Shown here piece by piece: positions 25,725-38,452 of a stretch of 64,000 bases of DNA. Source of the DNA: Octopus bimaculoides. Lineage: Eukaryota. The stretch lies in assembly GCF_001194135.2 (NCBI RefSeq), contig NC_068989.1:81454729-81518728 (forward strand). The letters are read 5' to 3'. Every line of letters begins with the position of its first letter. Position 1 is the stretch's first letter. The notes below the pieces were generated by a model that saw only the letters and a program-made list of their open reading frames with translations, had not been told where the DNA came from and did not search any database. A program made the translations under genes and the position numbers.

Positions 25725-27830
25725 TCACTGCAATATTGTCTCAACATCCAGGTCTTTCTTCTTTTTCTTTGCTGACTTTAATCTTGAAGCAGTTTTTGGT
25801 CGTCCTAATTTATTACCTTTAGCAGAGTTTAGTCTCATACTCTGAGTAGCTCCTTCTTTTGTGTAGGCAAGATAGACTCCAGAGATGTCAGATTCATTAA
25901 AGCTAGCTGATAGACTTTCAGTATGCGGTGACTGTTTGCGCATATTGTTCCCTGTGTATGCAACACATTTTAGCTGCCATTCCCCAATATCGTCATTCCA
26001 GTGAACATAGTGTTCCAACATTTTCTGGAATTCCATAGGAATGAAATTGTCAATAATCAGCATTTGAAGCTTCAATTCTCGGCTGAGCTGGCGAACATTT
26101 TCAAGCAGACCTTCCATTTCTCTCTGGTGGTCTTTTTGTACATCAGTAATTTCAATCTTAGCTTGTGTGTACATAGACCAGCATTTCTTGAGTTTTTTGG
26201 TTTTACCAATAATTTCTTCCTGCAAAGTGGAATATTTTTCTTCTATATCCAATCTTTCTTGTTCTTTTTCTTCTAAAGCTTTCCGTAGTTCTTCTTCTCT
26301 CTTCTTCCTTTCTTCTAACTCACAGGCACTTTCTTCCAATAGTCGTTCTTGTTCTTCAGCCTTTTCTAAAAGATTCTCACCACCAACAATAATTTTCTTC
26401 TCTATCACAGCTAACTTTTGTGCCAATTGGTGTTGTTCTTCTAAATACTTCTTCATCTCAGACTCTTTCTCATCAAGATTATATTTTATTTTCTTTCTCT
26501 CCTCTTCTGCTAAATCTTTCTTTTCTTCCAGCATTTTGCGATCATCTTCAATCTTAGACTGAATTTCAGCCATTTTTTCTTTAGAAATTTTATGTGTCTT
26601 TTTTATTTTTTTATTGCAGCTTTTCCCATCTTTCTCAATAATTTCTTCATTTCCACCAGACACATCATCATCATTATTAAACTCACCTTCTTCAAGTTGC
26701 CGTTTTAATTCTTTAATTTCTTCCTGAAATTGCCGAAGCAAAGCATCTTTTGGATCTTCGTTAACCTTAGCTTTGTTCTTTATACATTTTGCTCTGTTGG
26801 CATACCTCAGAGTGCTAATGGTCTCATCATAGTTATAATCTGCTGGACCAATATTGGCAATCATTACTGTTTTTGAGTTACCGCCAAGGGAATCTTGCAA
26901 CAAACGTGTCAGTTTGGAATTTCTGTAAGGAATATGGCTACTTTTCCCATCAACTAATGCAGAGATCACATTGCCAAGGGTAGAAAGAGATAAATTAATT
27001 TTTGTAGCTTCTTTAAGTCGCTGACCGGTAGCACCTGTTTTTGCTTGACGTTCAGAGCCTGCTAAGTCAACGAGATGAAGTTTCCCCATTCGGACATGTT
27101 GTTTTCCATCAATACCTTTCTCACTACATTCAATGGTCAAGGAGAAAATAGCATGAGACCGGGAACTGTGAGCATTCATATTAGTAGCACCCACAACCCG
27201 ATTTTTGTTCCCTAGTGTCATGATCCGATCCATATCGTCGGCATTATTTACAACAAAAGCAGAAAGGTCCTTCACGTAAACACCAATGTCAGGCCTCTCT
27301 TTAACCTCAAGCCGTTGCATTTGGTCCTTACCAAGCAAATCACGCACTTCTTCATTATAAATCTCTAGATAAGATACTCTTACCAAGAACTGAGTTTCAC
27401 CCTCAGCTTTAGCAATGGCACCAAATATATGAGCAAATGAATTAGGAATAATGCCCCGCTTTTCTGCCACTACCCTGAGGCCCTCCATTGTGAACGTTTT
27501 GCCTGTTCCAGTCTGGCCATATGCAAAAATTGTTCCATTGTAACCAGCAAGAACTGAATCAATAATAGGGCGAGCAACCTCATTATAAACATCAACCTGT
27601 TTGCAATCATGTCCAAATACAGTATCAAATGTATAAACCTTCATAGGTTCACCATGGCCCGGGGTAGGGTTTTCTACTGAGACTGTTCCTCTTACAGAAT
27701 CGACAAAAACTGTCTGCTTACATTCTGAAGAAATTTCTTTTTCATTGAGTGGCCGACAGCGAACAGCTACCTTTACATTATCGCTGTTGTCACCACCAAC
27801 CTTACCTTCCACTAACTTATTCACTTTCAT
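25725..27830 (-). CDS. KIF3A: Kinesin-2 motor subunit KIF3A, 701 aa, single-exon CDS
   Basis: P-loop GQTGTGKT, switch I SSRSH and switch II DLAGSE. KIF3A-specific stalk and tail: [55 protein letters not shown]. An in-frame TAA lies 9 codons upstream of the ATG. Confidence 0.98.
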   Translation of the reverse strand: MKVNKLVEGKVGGDNSDNVKVAVRCRPLNEKEISSECKQTVFVDSVRGTVSVENPTPGHGEPMKVYTFDTVFGHDCKQVDVYNEVARPIIDSVLAGYNGTIFAYGQTGTGKTFTMEGLRVVAEKRGIIPNSFAHIFGAIAKAEGETQFLVRVSYLEIYNEEVRDLLGKDQMQRLEVKERPDIGVYVKDLSAFVVNNADDMDRIMTLGNKNRVVGATNMNAHSSRSHAIFSLTIECSEKGIDGKQHVRMGKLHLVDLAGSERQAKTGATGQRLKEATKINLSLSTLGNVISALVDGKSSHIPYRNSKLTRLLQDSLGGNSKTVMIANIGPADYNYDETISTLRYANRAKCIKNKAKVNEDPKDALLRQFQEEIKELKRQLEEGEFNNDDDVSGGNEEIIEKDGKSCNKKIKKTHKISKEKMAEIQSKIEDDRKMLEEKKDLAEEERKKIKYNLDEKESEMKKYLEEQHQLAQKLAVIEKKIIVGGENLLEKAEEQERLLEESACELEERKKREEELRKALEEKEQERLDIEEKYSTLQEEIIGKTKKLKKCWSMYTQAKIEITDVQKDHQREMEGLLENVRQLSRELKLQMLIIDNFIPMEFQKMLEHYVHWNDDIGEWQLKCVAYTGNNMRKQSPHTESLSASFNESDISGVYLAYTKEGATQSMRLNSAKGNKLGRPKTASRLKSAKKKKKDLDVETILQ

Positions 27831-28147
27831 ATTTCTGCTTCTATGTCTTATTTCTTATTGTTCATAGCTCTCGTCATAAAATCAGCCGTCACGGGATGTA
27901 ACATCGACTGTTACTGTGTTGTAACATCGGCTGTTACCATGATGTAACATCAATTATTACTGTGGTATAACATCAGTTGTAATTGTGGTGTAATATGAAC
28001 ATTCACTGTGTTGTAACATTAACTGCGACTGTTTTGTAACATCAGCTGTGACTATGTTGTAACATCAACTGCGACTGTTTTGTAACATCAGCTGTTACTA
28101 CTGTTGCGATTGTCGAATAACATCAGCTCTTTCTCCAGTGAAACAAT
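27831..28147 (-). other. Putative KIF3A 5' leader within the coding exon
   Basis: Acceptor tcattttatttcttttattacag| at 28148-28150. No good pyrimidine-tract acceptor lies closer to the ATG. Confidence 0.6.
27898..28105. repeat. 23-bp minisatellite, about 9 copies (gtaacatcagctgtgactatgtt-like)
   Basis: Units aligned by hand. Eight are 23 nt and one is 24 nt. Confidence 0.9.
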
Positions 28148-28953
28148 CTGTAATAAAAGAAATAAAATGAAATTGGATAAGATACAATATTTAACAACAA
28201 CAATAACAACACCAAATGCTTAAAGACAATGTTTTCTGCTAAGCTTTGCAGACCCCTTTTGACAGTCTCTTCCATTTTACCCTACTTTATACATCCATTC
28301 TCCAAAGCCTTTGCCTGGTTCTCCTCCTCCATCTATTTATATATTCTTTTATGTGTCTATTCTTTTACAAGTTTGTATCACTGGGCTATGGCCAAGCTGG
28401 GGCACAGCTTTCAATCATTTAGGTGATCATATTGACTCCATTATTTATTTCAGTCTTTGAACTATTATGGAAATTATAAAATTATATCACAAATTCACCT
28501 TTGATTTTACTGGTTAATGAAGAAAACCCTTATGTCACTGCTTGACAGGCTAGAAATAGCAGCCAAATTTCCTGCATATCACACAATACTGTCTAAAAAA
28601 AAGTAAGATATATATCTGTATACATGGCTTATATTTAAGAATTTAAAAGATTTTATCACATCCATTCAGTTCCAGAAGCTATTTTAGGATAAAGATAAAC
28701 CAGCTGACAAGATAAGTCACTCTAAATTCCTTCATATATCTAATGTGTAGGGAGGTGAGGTAAACATTTAACAAGATAGTGACACACATATACACACTAA
28801 TATTGTCACTGCTGTCATCATCATCATCATCATCAATGTAAATATCTAAGTGAATGTAGGTATATGTCAGTTAACCTCTAAATAAGTAACTGCTGTGAAA
28901 CATGGAAACATCACAAGTGATGAAGTAAAAGATATGTGGGGATATTATCAGAT

Positions 28954-29046
28954 GGTGATACCACTTATCTGGTGATACCATTTAATTGGTAATATCATTA
29001 CCTTGTGATACCATCAGCTGATGATACCATTTACTTGGTGATTTCA
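28954..29046. repeat. ~17-bp minisatellite, about 6 copies (ggtgataccatttaatt-like)
   Basis: Direct inspection. Confidence 0.75.
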
Positions 29047-29137
29047 TTAAAATAATGAATGAAAATAACAAATGTCAGTCTAGCAACAAGATGCAATATA
29101 CTGTGTGTTAAGAATATCAAAACAACTGTACCATGAT

Positions 29138-29400
29138 AATACAGTATTATATAGTGATAGTACAGTACTATATGATGACAGTGCAGTACTATATAGTAGT
29201 AGTACAGTACTATACAGTACAGTACTGTATAGTGATACTACAGTAATATACAAAAATAGTACAGTACTATACAGTGATAGCACAGTACTATATAGTGACA
29301 GTACAGTATTATATTGTGATAGTATAGAACAGGAATAGTATAATACTACACAGTGATACCACCATATAAAGGTAGTACAGTTGTATACTAAAGAAATAGT
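29138..29400. repeat. 21-bp minisatellite (agtacagtactatatagtgat-like), about 10-12 degenerate copies
   Basis: The translation shows a 7-aa period (STVLYSD). Confidence 0.85.
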
Positions 29401-30422
29401 ATAGTAAAATACAGTAATAGTAAAACATAAATTAGTGAGTAATTTAATTTAATGACACTAAAAATACATTAGTTGGTTATAAAATAAATTTTGATGAAAT
29501 TCTAAATTTAATTAATATTTGTTATTAGCAATGGAAGCAGTATTACTTCAAATTAGGGATTTTTTCTGTTGCTGTCAGTTTTTTGAAATTTTAAAATTAA
29601 ATAGTTCGCTGTTCTATGCTAAAAATCATACTCCTCAATTTCAGGAATGTGAAAGGAGGCCCTCCACAAGTCACTTAAAATTGTGGTTCCAGGAAGAATT
29701 GACTAATGTCTGCATTCCTCTAGTGTGTTGTGATTCTGACTTGGCACTGTATAAAGAAAATCATGTCTGGTCTTGCGACACACTCCTTCAAATACCTATT
29801 GTTCAGGTTATATTTATCTCTTCAGTTGTATTTATGTCTGTAGCTTAAGCAGACTATACACTGGCTTATCATGGAAACAGGCACCAATATGTCCATGGCT
29901 TTCGATTGGCTAAAATTACCCAGAATTTTCAAACTTTAAAAGCTATTAACTTTTTTATTTATCAATTTATGGCAAAAATGAATTCGATTTCCATAATTAG
30001 CACACAAAACTACATCAGTACGCCAAATTTGAAAACAATTGAAACAAGATTAAAAAAACTAAAAACTGTGACAGCAACTGAAAAGATACCACACTAGCAA
30101 TCTGTATATCACACTTAAAGTATATATACAGTTGAAAGCCTTCTAAATTGTGTTATTCATCTTGAGAAAGCATCTCTTATAGACGCTTTAAACAGAATTT
30201 TATTCAGCCTGCCAGCTAAATGCAGCATCAGTGACCTTTCAATCATTGATTAACTATATCAGCCAGCAACCAATTTTTGCTTAGCATACAGTGCCAGTGG
30301 ACCCTTGCTACTGATGAAGCTCAAAGAAGCAGAATTCCTGATTTAGCAACGCCATTACCACTGCCAGGCAATTTTCACTTGTTGCTGATATATTTCTGTG
30401 CTTTTTAACACTGTTAGAAATG

Positions 30423-30454
<32 letters not shown>

Positions 30455-30460
<6 letters not shown>

Positions 30461-30690
30461 TCATCATCATCATCATCATTATCATCATCATCACCACCAT
30501 CGCCGCTGCCGTCGTCGTCTGACACTCATTCTCCATGCTGGCATGGCTCGGACAGTTTAAACAGGTTGATGAATCACAGAGCTGTGTCAGACTCCAATGC
30601 TAGCTTTGGCATGATCTCTATGGCTGGATGCCATTCCTAATACCAACCACTTTATAGTGTGTACTAGAATGCCAAGTAACTTGTAAAACA
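30455..30690 (-). mobile_element. RTE 3' tail fragment, diverged
   Basis: (CAT)n followed by ccatgctggcatgg...ggatgccattcctaataccaaccac. Confidence 0.7.
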
Positions 30691-31574
30691 AAGTAAAGAA
30701 ATTGTTGTAGTTCGGGATGGTCATTTTATTTTATTCCAATTTTTTTTTCCAAATAAACACTTGCACTATACATATTTTTTTTTCTTCATATTACTGATCA
30801 CAGATGTGTGACAAAAGATTTCCGGATAACGGACATAAAATAAATAAAACCAGTAATAAACAAAAGAAAAAATATATATATATACATATATATATATTGT
30901 GTGTGTGTTTATTTGGCAATAAATAAATAAATAAAATGACCATCCCAAAATACAACAATATTTGTTTCAACACAAGATTTCATATCAGGAATCTTGCAAA
31001 ATGAATTGATAAACATAACAAAGTAAAGAAAGGAAAAGGGAAAAGGGAAAGGCTCCCTCGACTGAGTGGAAGTGTATTTGAGAGGGAGCAGGTGGTGCTA
31101 TGCCAGGTGTTAAAGACTAAAATATAACAGAGAGAGAAGCACAGGTGTTGTGTTATAAAGAAGATACATAGCTACCCTGCATTATACAAGGGTGAGCAAG
31201 ATTAACTGGAAGGGAGATAAAGATGGTGGTGACAGGGTACCAGAACATACTCTCTAGGTGCAAGAAGGGAAGAAAAGGGTGGGAGTTTCATAAGAATGGG
31301 GGAAGAGAGTGTTAGGTGATTAGAGATTAGGTTAGGAGTTGATGTAGGTAGTGATGAAAAATGGTGGTGGTGTAGGTGGTGGTAAATATCAGTATGAAGG
31401 AGTAAGAGGTGAAACAAGCAGCAGTATCATATATCTGTGGACAAATCAGAAAGTAAGGTGATGGTGTGCAGTGGAGGGAGTGGGAGGGTAATAAAGTGTG
31501 GCGGAGAAAGGGGTCAGAGGTACATGAGGGTGGCTATAGTGAGAGGGGTGACAAAGGGGGAATGGACAATATAT

Positions 31575-31930
31575 GGCACCTGTGCCCAGCATCGCCTTCC
31601 TGGTACTTGTGCCGGATGGCATGTGTAAAGACATTCGAGTGAGATCATTGCCAGTGCCGCTGGACTGGCTCCTGTGCAGGTGGCATGTAAAATACACCAT
31701 TTTGAGCGTGGCTGTTGCTAGTACCGCCTGACTGGCCTTCGTGCCGGTGGTACGTAAAAGCACCCACTACACTCTCGGAGTGGTTGGCGTTAGGAAGGGC
31801 ATCCAGCTGTAGAAACTCTGCCAGATCAGATTGGAGTCTGGTGTAGCCATCTGGTTCACCAGTCCTCAGTCAAATCGTCCAACCCATGCTAGCATGGAAA
31901 GCGGACGTTAAACGACGATGATGATGATGC
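31575..31930 (+). mobile_element. RTE 3'UTR fragment, young copy
   Basis: Near-identical to 35131-35490 and 60395-60750. Confidence 0.9.
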
Positions 31931-32494
31931 TGAGAGGGTGTTGAGAATGATAGCAGATGGGAGGTGTGTTAAAGATGAATTATGGTAAACTTAAGATGCA
32001 GCGCAGAGGGGAGAGACATAACACAGGTGATTGATGGTAATGAGAGTAAGGTAACTGATAGTGTCAAAGAATGTAGGGATAAAGTATGTGCAGATTCTAC
32101 TCCTAAATAATTATAGCAGCTAGGGAGAATCATTGTTAGAAGAGTGATTGAAGGATGGATGTTAAGATGTTAGGAATATGAGACATGGAGGGGGATGTTT
32201 GCTTTGGATTTGGAGCCCAGAATTTACAAACATAAGCATAAATACTTTTGGACCTCACTTTTGATGTGATGAACAGGTCTTCTTGAGCACAGTGAATTAC
32301 CAATCATCTCATCTCAGCCCTTTATTATCTCCTCTGTAAGGCTTGACAGAGTAGATGGAGATCCCCAGCTCTGTATGCCAATTCACCAAGGTGAAGCCCA
32401 TTCCAATGTAAAACCTATGACTTGCTGATCATCACAGCCATGTTAGCCCACTGAGACACTAGTCAGACCTCCAAGGCAAAAGAGTGGGCTGAGA

Positions 32495-32820
32495 TTGTAC
32501 AAACTCATCATCATCTCTGGTTTCCATGCTGGCATGAGTTGGACAGTTTGACAGGAGCTGGTCAGTTGGAGAGCTGCATCAGGCTCTAATTGTCTGTTTT
32601 GGCAAGGTTTCTACAGTTGGATGCCCTTCCTAACACCAAACATTTTACAGAGTGTCCAAGGTGTTTTTTACATGGCACCAGACAGGTGGCACGAGTGCTT
32701 TTTGTATGACACCAGCATAGGTGCTTTTTATGTGGCACCAGTATGGGTGCTTTTTACATGATACCAGCACCAGTGAGCCCACAAGGCAAGACCCTCTCAG
32801 GCATGGCCATAAAGGACTGT
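32495..32820 (-). mobile_element. RTE 3'UTR fragment, diverged
   Basis: Tail and gtggcac motifs in reverse orientation. Confidence 0.65.
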
Positions 32821-33144
32821 CTCTCATTTTAGAACCACTAAGCACAATCAGGAAGAAAAACTTTGCAGTGTCAAGGATCATTTTACATAGCCATTTGAGA
32901 GCATACATATATATATCATAGCTGTCACCGCCATCACTTTCCCTACAACTGCCATCTACTACAACTACCACTGCTATCACAATTATCCCCACCATCACAA
33001 CCACCATGGGTTAAAATAGAAAAATTTCTACTCTTGCAGCATCTTTGCTATCTCTAAAATTTCAAGCTTGTTCATCAACAAACAGGTTTTCTAGCTCATA
33101 CAGACACTTTCTATTTGAAAACACACACACGGATACACACGTTT

Positions 33145-33177
<33 letters not shown>

Positions 33178-35130
33178 TATGCAAATGCCTTAATAAATTA
33201 CCTGCACCTGTCATTTATTAATAACAGGAAAAGATATGAATAACACCCCCTCCTTCTCCTCCTCCTCCTCTACACACTAGCAGACTGACACAGCTGGTAG
33301 GAAGACTAAAAAGTACACAGCTGTTGCCCTCTCTCACCACCACACTAACACTATTAAGGCTTCCTTTTGTGCCACACATTAAGGTAGAGAGTGAAGGCCT
33401 ATATTACAAAAACCTACCCTTATAACTACTACTACTACTACTACAGCCACCACCACCACAACTGCTGCTGCTGCTATTGCACATCATATGCCAGCCTTTA
33501 CTACAACAGTATAACATAAAACAATTCTTAACACCTTTGTACATCATGACTCAGTGTACATCATAAAACTGTCCTTACTACTAATATACATCATAAGATA
33601 ATCTATACAATTACTATACATCATGAAGGCAATTGTCACTACTGTGAGTCATATGACAGATAGAAAACTTCTATATAGTTCTCTGATCTGTTAGGCATAG
33701 CAACCAAAATCCTGCTCAATTCACACTCTTGCCGTCTTAAATAAGAAAAGGATAGATTCAGTATTATAGGCCAACATCCGAAATTTACATGATGGGTATG
33801 GCTGGAATGCTTTTGATCATAAGTCTGCTCAACTGGGATTAATCTTCAGCTAAGTAAAAATATCAACAACATCAGACAATCCATACTACCAAAGCATATC
33901 ACATCTCTCCAACACACTTATTCCTTCCTGGAATGACCAGATTGCTACTTTCATACTTAAGCACTATCTACACATACATAGAGAAACATAAGCATATATA
34001 TATACACATGGAATCGCACGTGCACACACACACACACATAAACAAGCACACAGATGCAGAGTTTCTCACACTCACACCATTCTGTGTAATGTTGCAGTGA
34101 AGATCCCTAAATATAGCCAGAGTTGCTCAGCTGTGGTAATGCATTCCAGCAGACTACAGGTGTGTTAATTGTGTTAATCGTATGATGGTAGAGAGAGGGA
34201 GAGAAGGAAAGAGAGGGAGAGAGGGAAAGAGAGGGAGCAGTATTGATTACACCTCAATGGCAGGTTTACTGCAAACATCAGCATCAATAAACTGTATGTA
34301 CACACATATATACATACATGCGTATGTACGTACATACGTGTGTATGTATGTATGTATGTATGCGCGTGTGTGTGTGTATGCCTGCATCATCATCGTTTAA
34401 TGTCCATTTTCCCTGCTGGCATGGGTTGGACGCATGCATGTATCTATATGTCTCTGTGTGAATTTATGTATGTGTGTATGTAATTATGTGTGTGTGCATG
34501 TATGCACGTGTGTATGCATATATGCATTTTTGTATGTAAGTGTGTATGTATGCATGTATATGTAGTTGCTTCATCTCTCTCTCTCTCTCTCCTTCATATT
34601 TACCTCTTCATAGAAATAGAAACAGGCACACAGAACAAGTTTGAAACTAACTTCTCACACTAACAATATACACACACATATATACACACACACACATAGT
34701 AACACAAATAAGGTTAGGTAAATACACTTGTATTAGTGTATAGACATATACATACAGGTGATGGCATTCAGGTAACAGACAAGTATACTTAGATATTTAC
34801 ATGCATCGGCACAGAACTACATACATAGACCTATAAGATGTATAGACATATAACTACAGTTACAGACATAAATGCATAACCATATACTTATATAAATAAC
34901 TACAGTACCAATGCAGCACGAGTTATGAATAAATATACATAGAGAATCTCATATCCATAAGTTTAATGAATACATATTTGGTCTCACTGTGGAAGCTGGC
35001 AGGAAAGAGGAAAATCAGTTCAATTTTTATTCAAAGTTGCTAAAATCCCTGTGGTTTAACCATGGGCATCTGCCTTCAGAAAACTAAATATTTGTTTATC
35101 AAACATATATTGTTTATATATCTATTTATA

Positions 35131-35490
35131 ATCATCATCATCATCATCGTTTAACGTCCGCTTTCCATGCTAGCATGGCTTGGATGATTTGACTGAGGAC
35201 TGGTGAAACCAGATGGCTACACCAGGCTCCAATCTGATTTGGCAGAGTTTCTACAGCTGGATGCCCTCCCTAATGCCAACCACTCCAAGAGTGTAGTGGG
35301 TGCTTTTACGTACCACCGGCACGAAGGCCAGTCAGGCAGTACTGGCAATGGCTGCGCTCAGAATGGTGTATTTTACGTGCCACCTGCACAGGAGCCAGTC
35401 CAGCGGCACTGGCAACGATCTTGCTCGAATGTCTTTTCACGTGCCACCGGCTCAAGTGCCAGGAAGGTGATGCTGGTAAATATTGCTTAG
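35131..35490 (-). mobile_element. RTE 3'UTR fragment, young copy
   Basis: (CAT)n followed by cgtttaacgtccgctttccatgctagcatgg... Confidence 0.9.
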
Positions 35491-35961
35491 GCATTGCAAT
35501 ACTAATAATCTGGTGTAGAACTCAATATATGTATGCCTCTAAATGAAGCATTAGTTGAGTACTGAGCAACACTTCATGTTTGAGATGAGATTCTGATGAA
35601 ACTGTAATGTGTTATTCAAGCACTCAACTATGGAGTCTGCCACATGTTACAGAGGAAACAGCTGTAACCTAATGAAGTCCATGAGATAATGGTTTGCTCC
35701 TTTCTCATCTCATTTCTTTTATATATATATATATATATNNNNNNNNNNNNNNNNNNNNNNNNNNNNNNNNNNNNNNNNNNNNNNNNNNNNNNNNNNNNNN
35801 NNNNNNNNNNNNNNNNNNNNNNNNNNNNNNNNNNNNNNNNNNNNNNNNNNNNNNNNNNNNNNNNNNNNNNNNNNNNNNNNNNNNNNNNNNNNNNNNNNNN
35901 NNNNNNNNNNNNNNNNNNNNNNNNNNNNNNNNNNNNNNNNNNNNNNNNNNNNNNNNNNNNN

Positions 35962-36300
35962 TTACGAACCACATGGTCCGGGTTCAGTCCCACTGCGTGA
36001 CACCTTGGGAAAGTGTCTTCTACTATAGCCTCGGGCCAACCAAAGCCTTGAGTGGATTTGGAAGACGGAAACTGAAAGAAGCCCTTCGTATATATGTGTG
36101 TGTGTGTGTTTGTCCCCCCAACATTGCTTGACAACCAATGCTGGTGTGTTTACATCCCCGTAACTTAGCAGTTCGGCAAAAGACACCGATAGAATAAGTA
36201 CTAGGCTTACAAAGAGTAAGTCCTGGGGTCAATTCACTCGACTAAAGGCGGTGCTCCAGCATGGCCACAGTCAAATGACTGAAACAAGTAAAAGAGTATA
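35962..36300 (+). mobile_element. SINE family A (head truncated by a gap)
   Basis: Body and tail match the other copies. Confidence 0.85.
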
Positions 36301-36999
36301 TATATATATATAAACAGTCTTGTCACACCCCCTACTGTCTTTAACAATCTTACAGTCAATATTAGTGATAAGATATCTAATCTCTCCCCCTTCTCTAAGG
36401 AAATATTCAATACAGTAGCCCCAAAAGTGGCTTCAAAGGGAAGATGCTTAACACTCCTATCATAAAAAGAATGAAGCCTAAAAATAGACCTAAGAAAAAA
36501 CTATATGGTTTCTTCTCCACCTTCTGCAACCCCAGCCTCTTTTTTTTTTTTCCTTGAATGTGAAGACAAAACATAGAAAATTCCTAGCCTTGATAGAAAA
36601 GCATTTCCCAGATATCCATAGTATAAGAATATTTTTAATAGACATTCTGCAGAAGTTTCTTGCAGCTGCTACCTCAACACGAAGAACATTATTACATGTA
36701 AATCACACCAGGTACCCATCCTAAAATATAACTGCAGAAACCTAGATACCTGCCCACTCAACAAGGCATGCATGGCTTGCCCAGTTTTATATATGAAGTT
36801 TCAGCCACCTCACTTCTACCAAATAACAAAACTGTAAAGAAAAAAATATATTGGACAAAGTGGAAGTGATTTTTAAAAAAAAGACATATCAGCCACCAGT
36901 CTTTTTTCTGACATGGGATAAGAAGAAAATTGTTGCATGACAATACAAATCTCGTCCTTTCCAACTATCACCTCTTTAAATCACTCACACATCCTTTAA

Positions 37000-37182
37000 G
37001 AGGCTGTCGATCTACTATGGATAAAGAGGTGCAGGAAATGGTACATAAATGGCTGCACAACCAGCTAAAACTTCTTTCTCTGATGGAATAAGCAAGCTTG
37101 TAGACCACTGAAAGGAGTGCATTTAAAAGCACTGTTTTAATAAATTACAGAAACAGGAGTGCATATAATTCTTGACCTACCC
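37000..37182 (+). mobile_element. mariner C-terminal/3' TIR remnant
   Basis: DKEVQEMVHKWLHNQ / DGISKLVDH* resembles the end of a mariner transposase, followed by a TIR-like taattcttgacctaccct. Confidence 0.55.
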
Positions 37183-37184
37183 TT

Positions 37185-37427
37185 CATCATCATCATCATC
37201 ATCATCGTTTAACGTCCGCTTTCCATGCTAGCATGGGTTGGACGATTTGACTGAGGACTGGTGAAACCGGATGGCAACACCAGGCTCCAGTCTGATTTGG
37301 CAGAGTTTCTACAGCTGGATGCCCTTCCTAACGCCAACCACTCAGAGAGTGTAGTGGGTGCTTTTACGTGTCACCCGCACGAAAACGGCCACGCTCGAAA
37401 TGGTGTCTTTTATGTGCCACCCGCACA
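37185..37427 (-). mobile_element. RTE 3'UTR fragment, cut by a gap
   Basis: Near-identical to the other young copies. Confidence 0.9.
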
Positions 37428-37661
37428 NNNNNNNNNNNNNNNNNNNNNNNNNNNNNNNNNNNNNNNNNNNNNNNNNNNNNNNNNNNNNNNNNNNNNNNNN
37501 NNNNNNNNNNNNNNNNNNNNNNNNNNNNNNNNNNNNNNNNNNNNNNNNNNNNNNNNNNNNNNNNNNNNNNNNNNNNNNNNNNNNNNNNNNNNNNNNNNNN
37601 NNNNNNNNNNNNNNNNNNNNNNNNNNNNNNNNNNNNNNNNNNNNNNNNNNNNNNNNNNNNN

Positions 37662-37694
<33 letters not shown>

Positions 37695-37697
<3 letters not shown>

Positions 37698-38240
37698 GCA
37701 TGACAGAGGCTTTGACAAAAGACCAAAACCTCTGGAGATATGCTGTGACTGAGAAGACCCGGCAATTAAAGTGAGTTCACAGCTGTAGCCTACGCCAGTG
37801 TCGCATAACCAGCCCACTCAAAAGTACCTTGGATCGTAGGGCAACATGCCGTGCTTGAGGAGACCTATTGAGTCAAATGCATCAAAATCAAATGGAAATT
37901 GTAGTTGTGATCCCCATGCCAGTGGCACGTAAAAAGCATCGTCCGAACGTGGCCGATGCGAGTGCCACCTTGACAGGCTTCCATGCCGGTGGCACATAAA
38001 AAGCACCAACCAATCGTGGTCATTGCCAGCCCCCTCTGACCCCAGCGTCAGTGGCATGTAAAAAGCACCCACTACACTCTCGGAGTGGTTGGCATTAGGA
38101 AGGGCATCCAGCTGTAGAAACACTGCCAGATCAGACAGGAGCCTGGTGCAAACTCCTGGCTTCCCAGACCCCAGTCAAACCATACAACCCATGCCAGCAT
38201 GGAAAATGGACGTTAAACAGTAATGATAATGATGATGACA
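37695..38240 (+). mobile_element. RTE LINE 3' end including the ORF terminus remnant and 3'UTR
   Basis: The 5' part resembles the RTE ORF end (..T.D..LW.YAV.EKTR-like, decayed). It is followed by gtggcacgtaaaaagcac repeats and the common tail. Confidence 0.65.
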
Positions 38241-38307
38241 CACACACACATATATTTATATATACACACATATATGTCTGAGTGTGTATACATATACATA
38301 TGATATT

Positions 38308-38452
38308 ATTAGGAAGGGCATCCAGCTGTAGAAACTCTGCCAAATTTAGATTGGAGCCTGGTGTAACCATCCGGTTTCACCAGTCCTCAGTCAAATCGTC
38401 CAACCCATGCTAGCATGGAAAGCGGACGTTAAACGATGATGATGATGATGAT
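38308..38452 (+). mobile_element. RTE 3' tail fragment
   Basis: ttaggaagggcatccagctg...ggacgttaaacgatgatgatg. Confidence 0.9.

Noticed and set aside
29080-29338. ORFs with STVLYSD periodicity on both strands
   Set aside because: They are a by-product of a 21-bp minisatellite, with no splice or homology support.
30305-30345. CTGATGAAGCTcaaagaAGCAGAAT as a hammerhead
   Set aside because: A stem II is possible, but GAAA is not in register and stems I and III are missing.
35203-35490. Recurrent MKPDGYTRLQSDLAEFLQLDALP ORFs (also at 37261 and 60476)
   Set aside because: Antisense reading of the RTE 3'UTR repeat, not a gene family.
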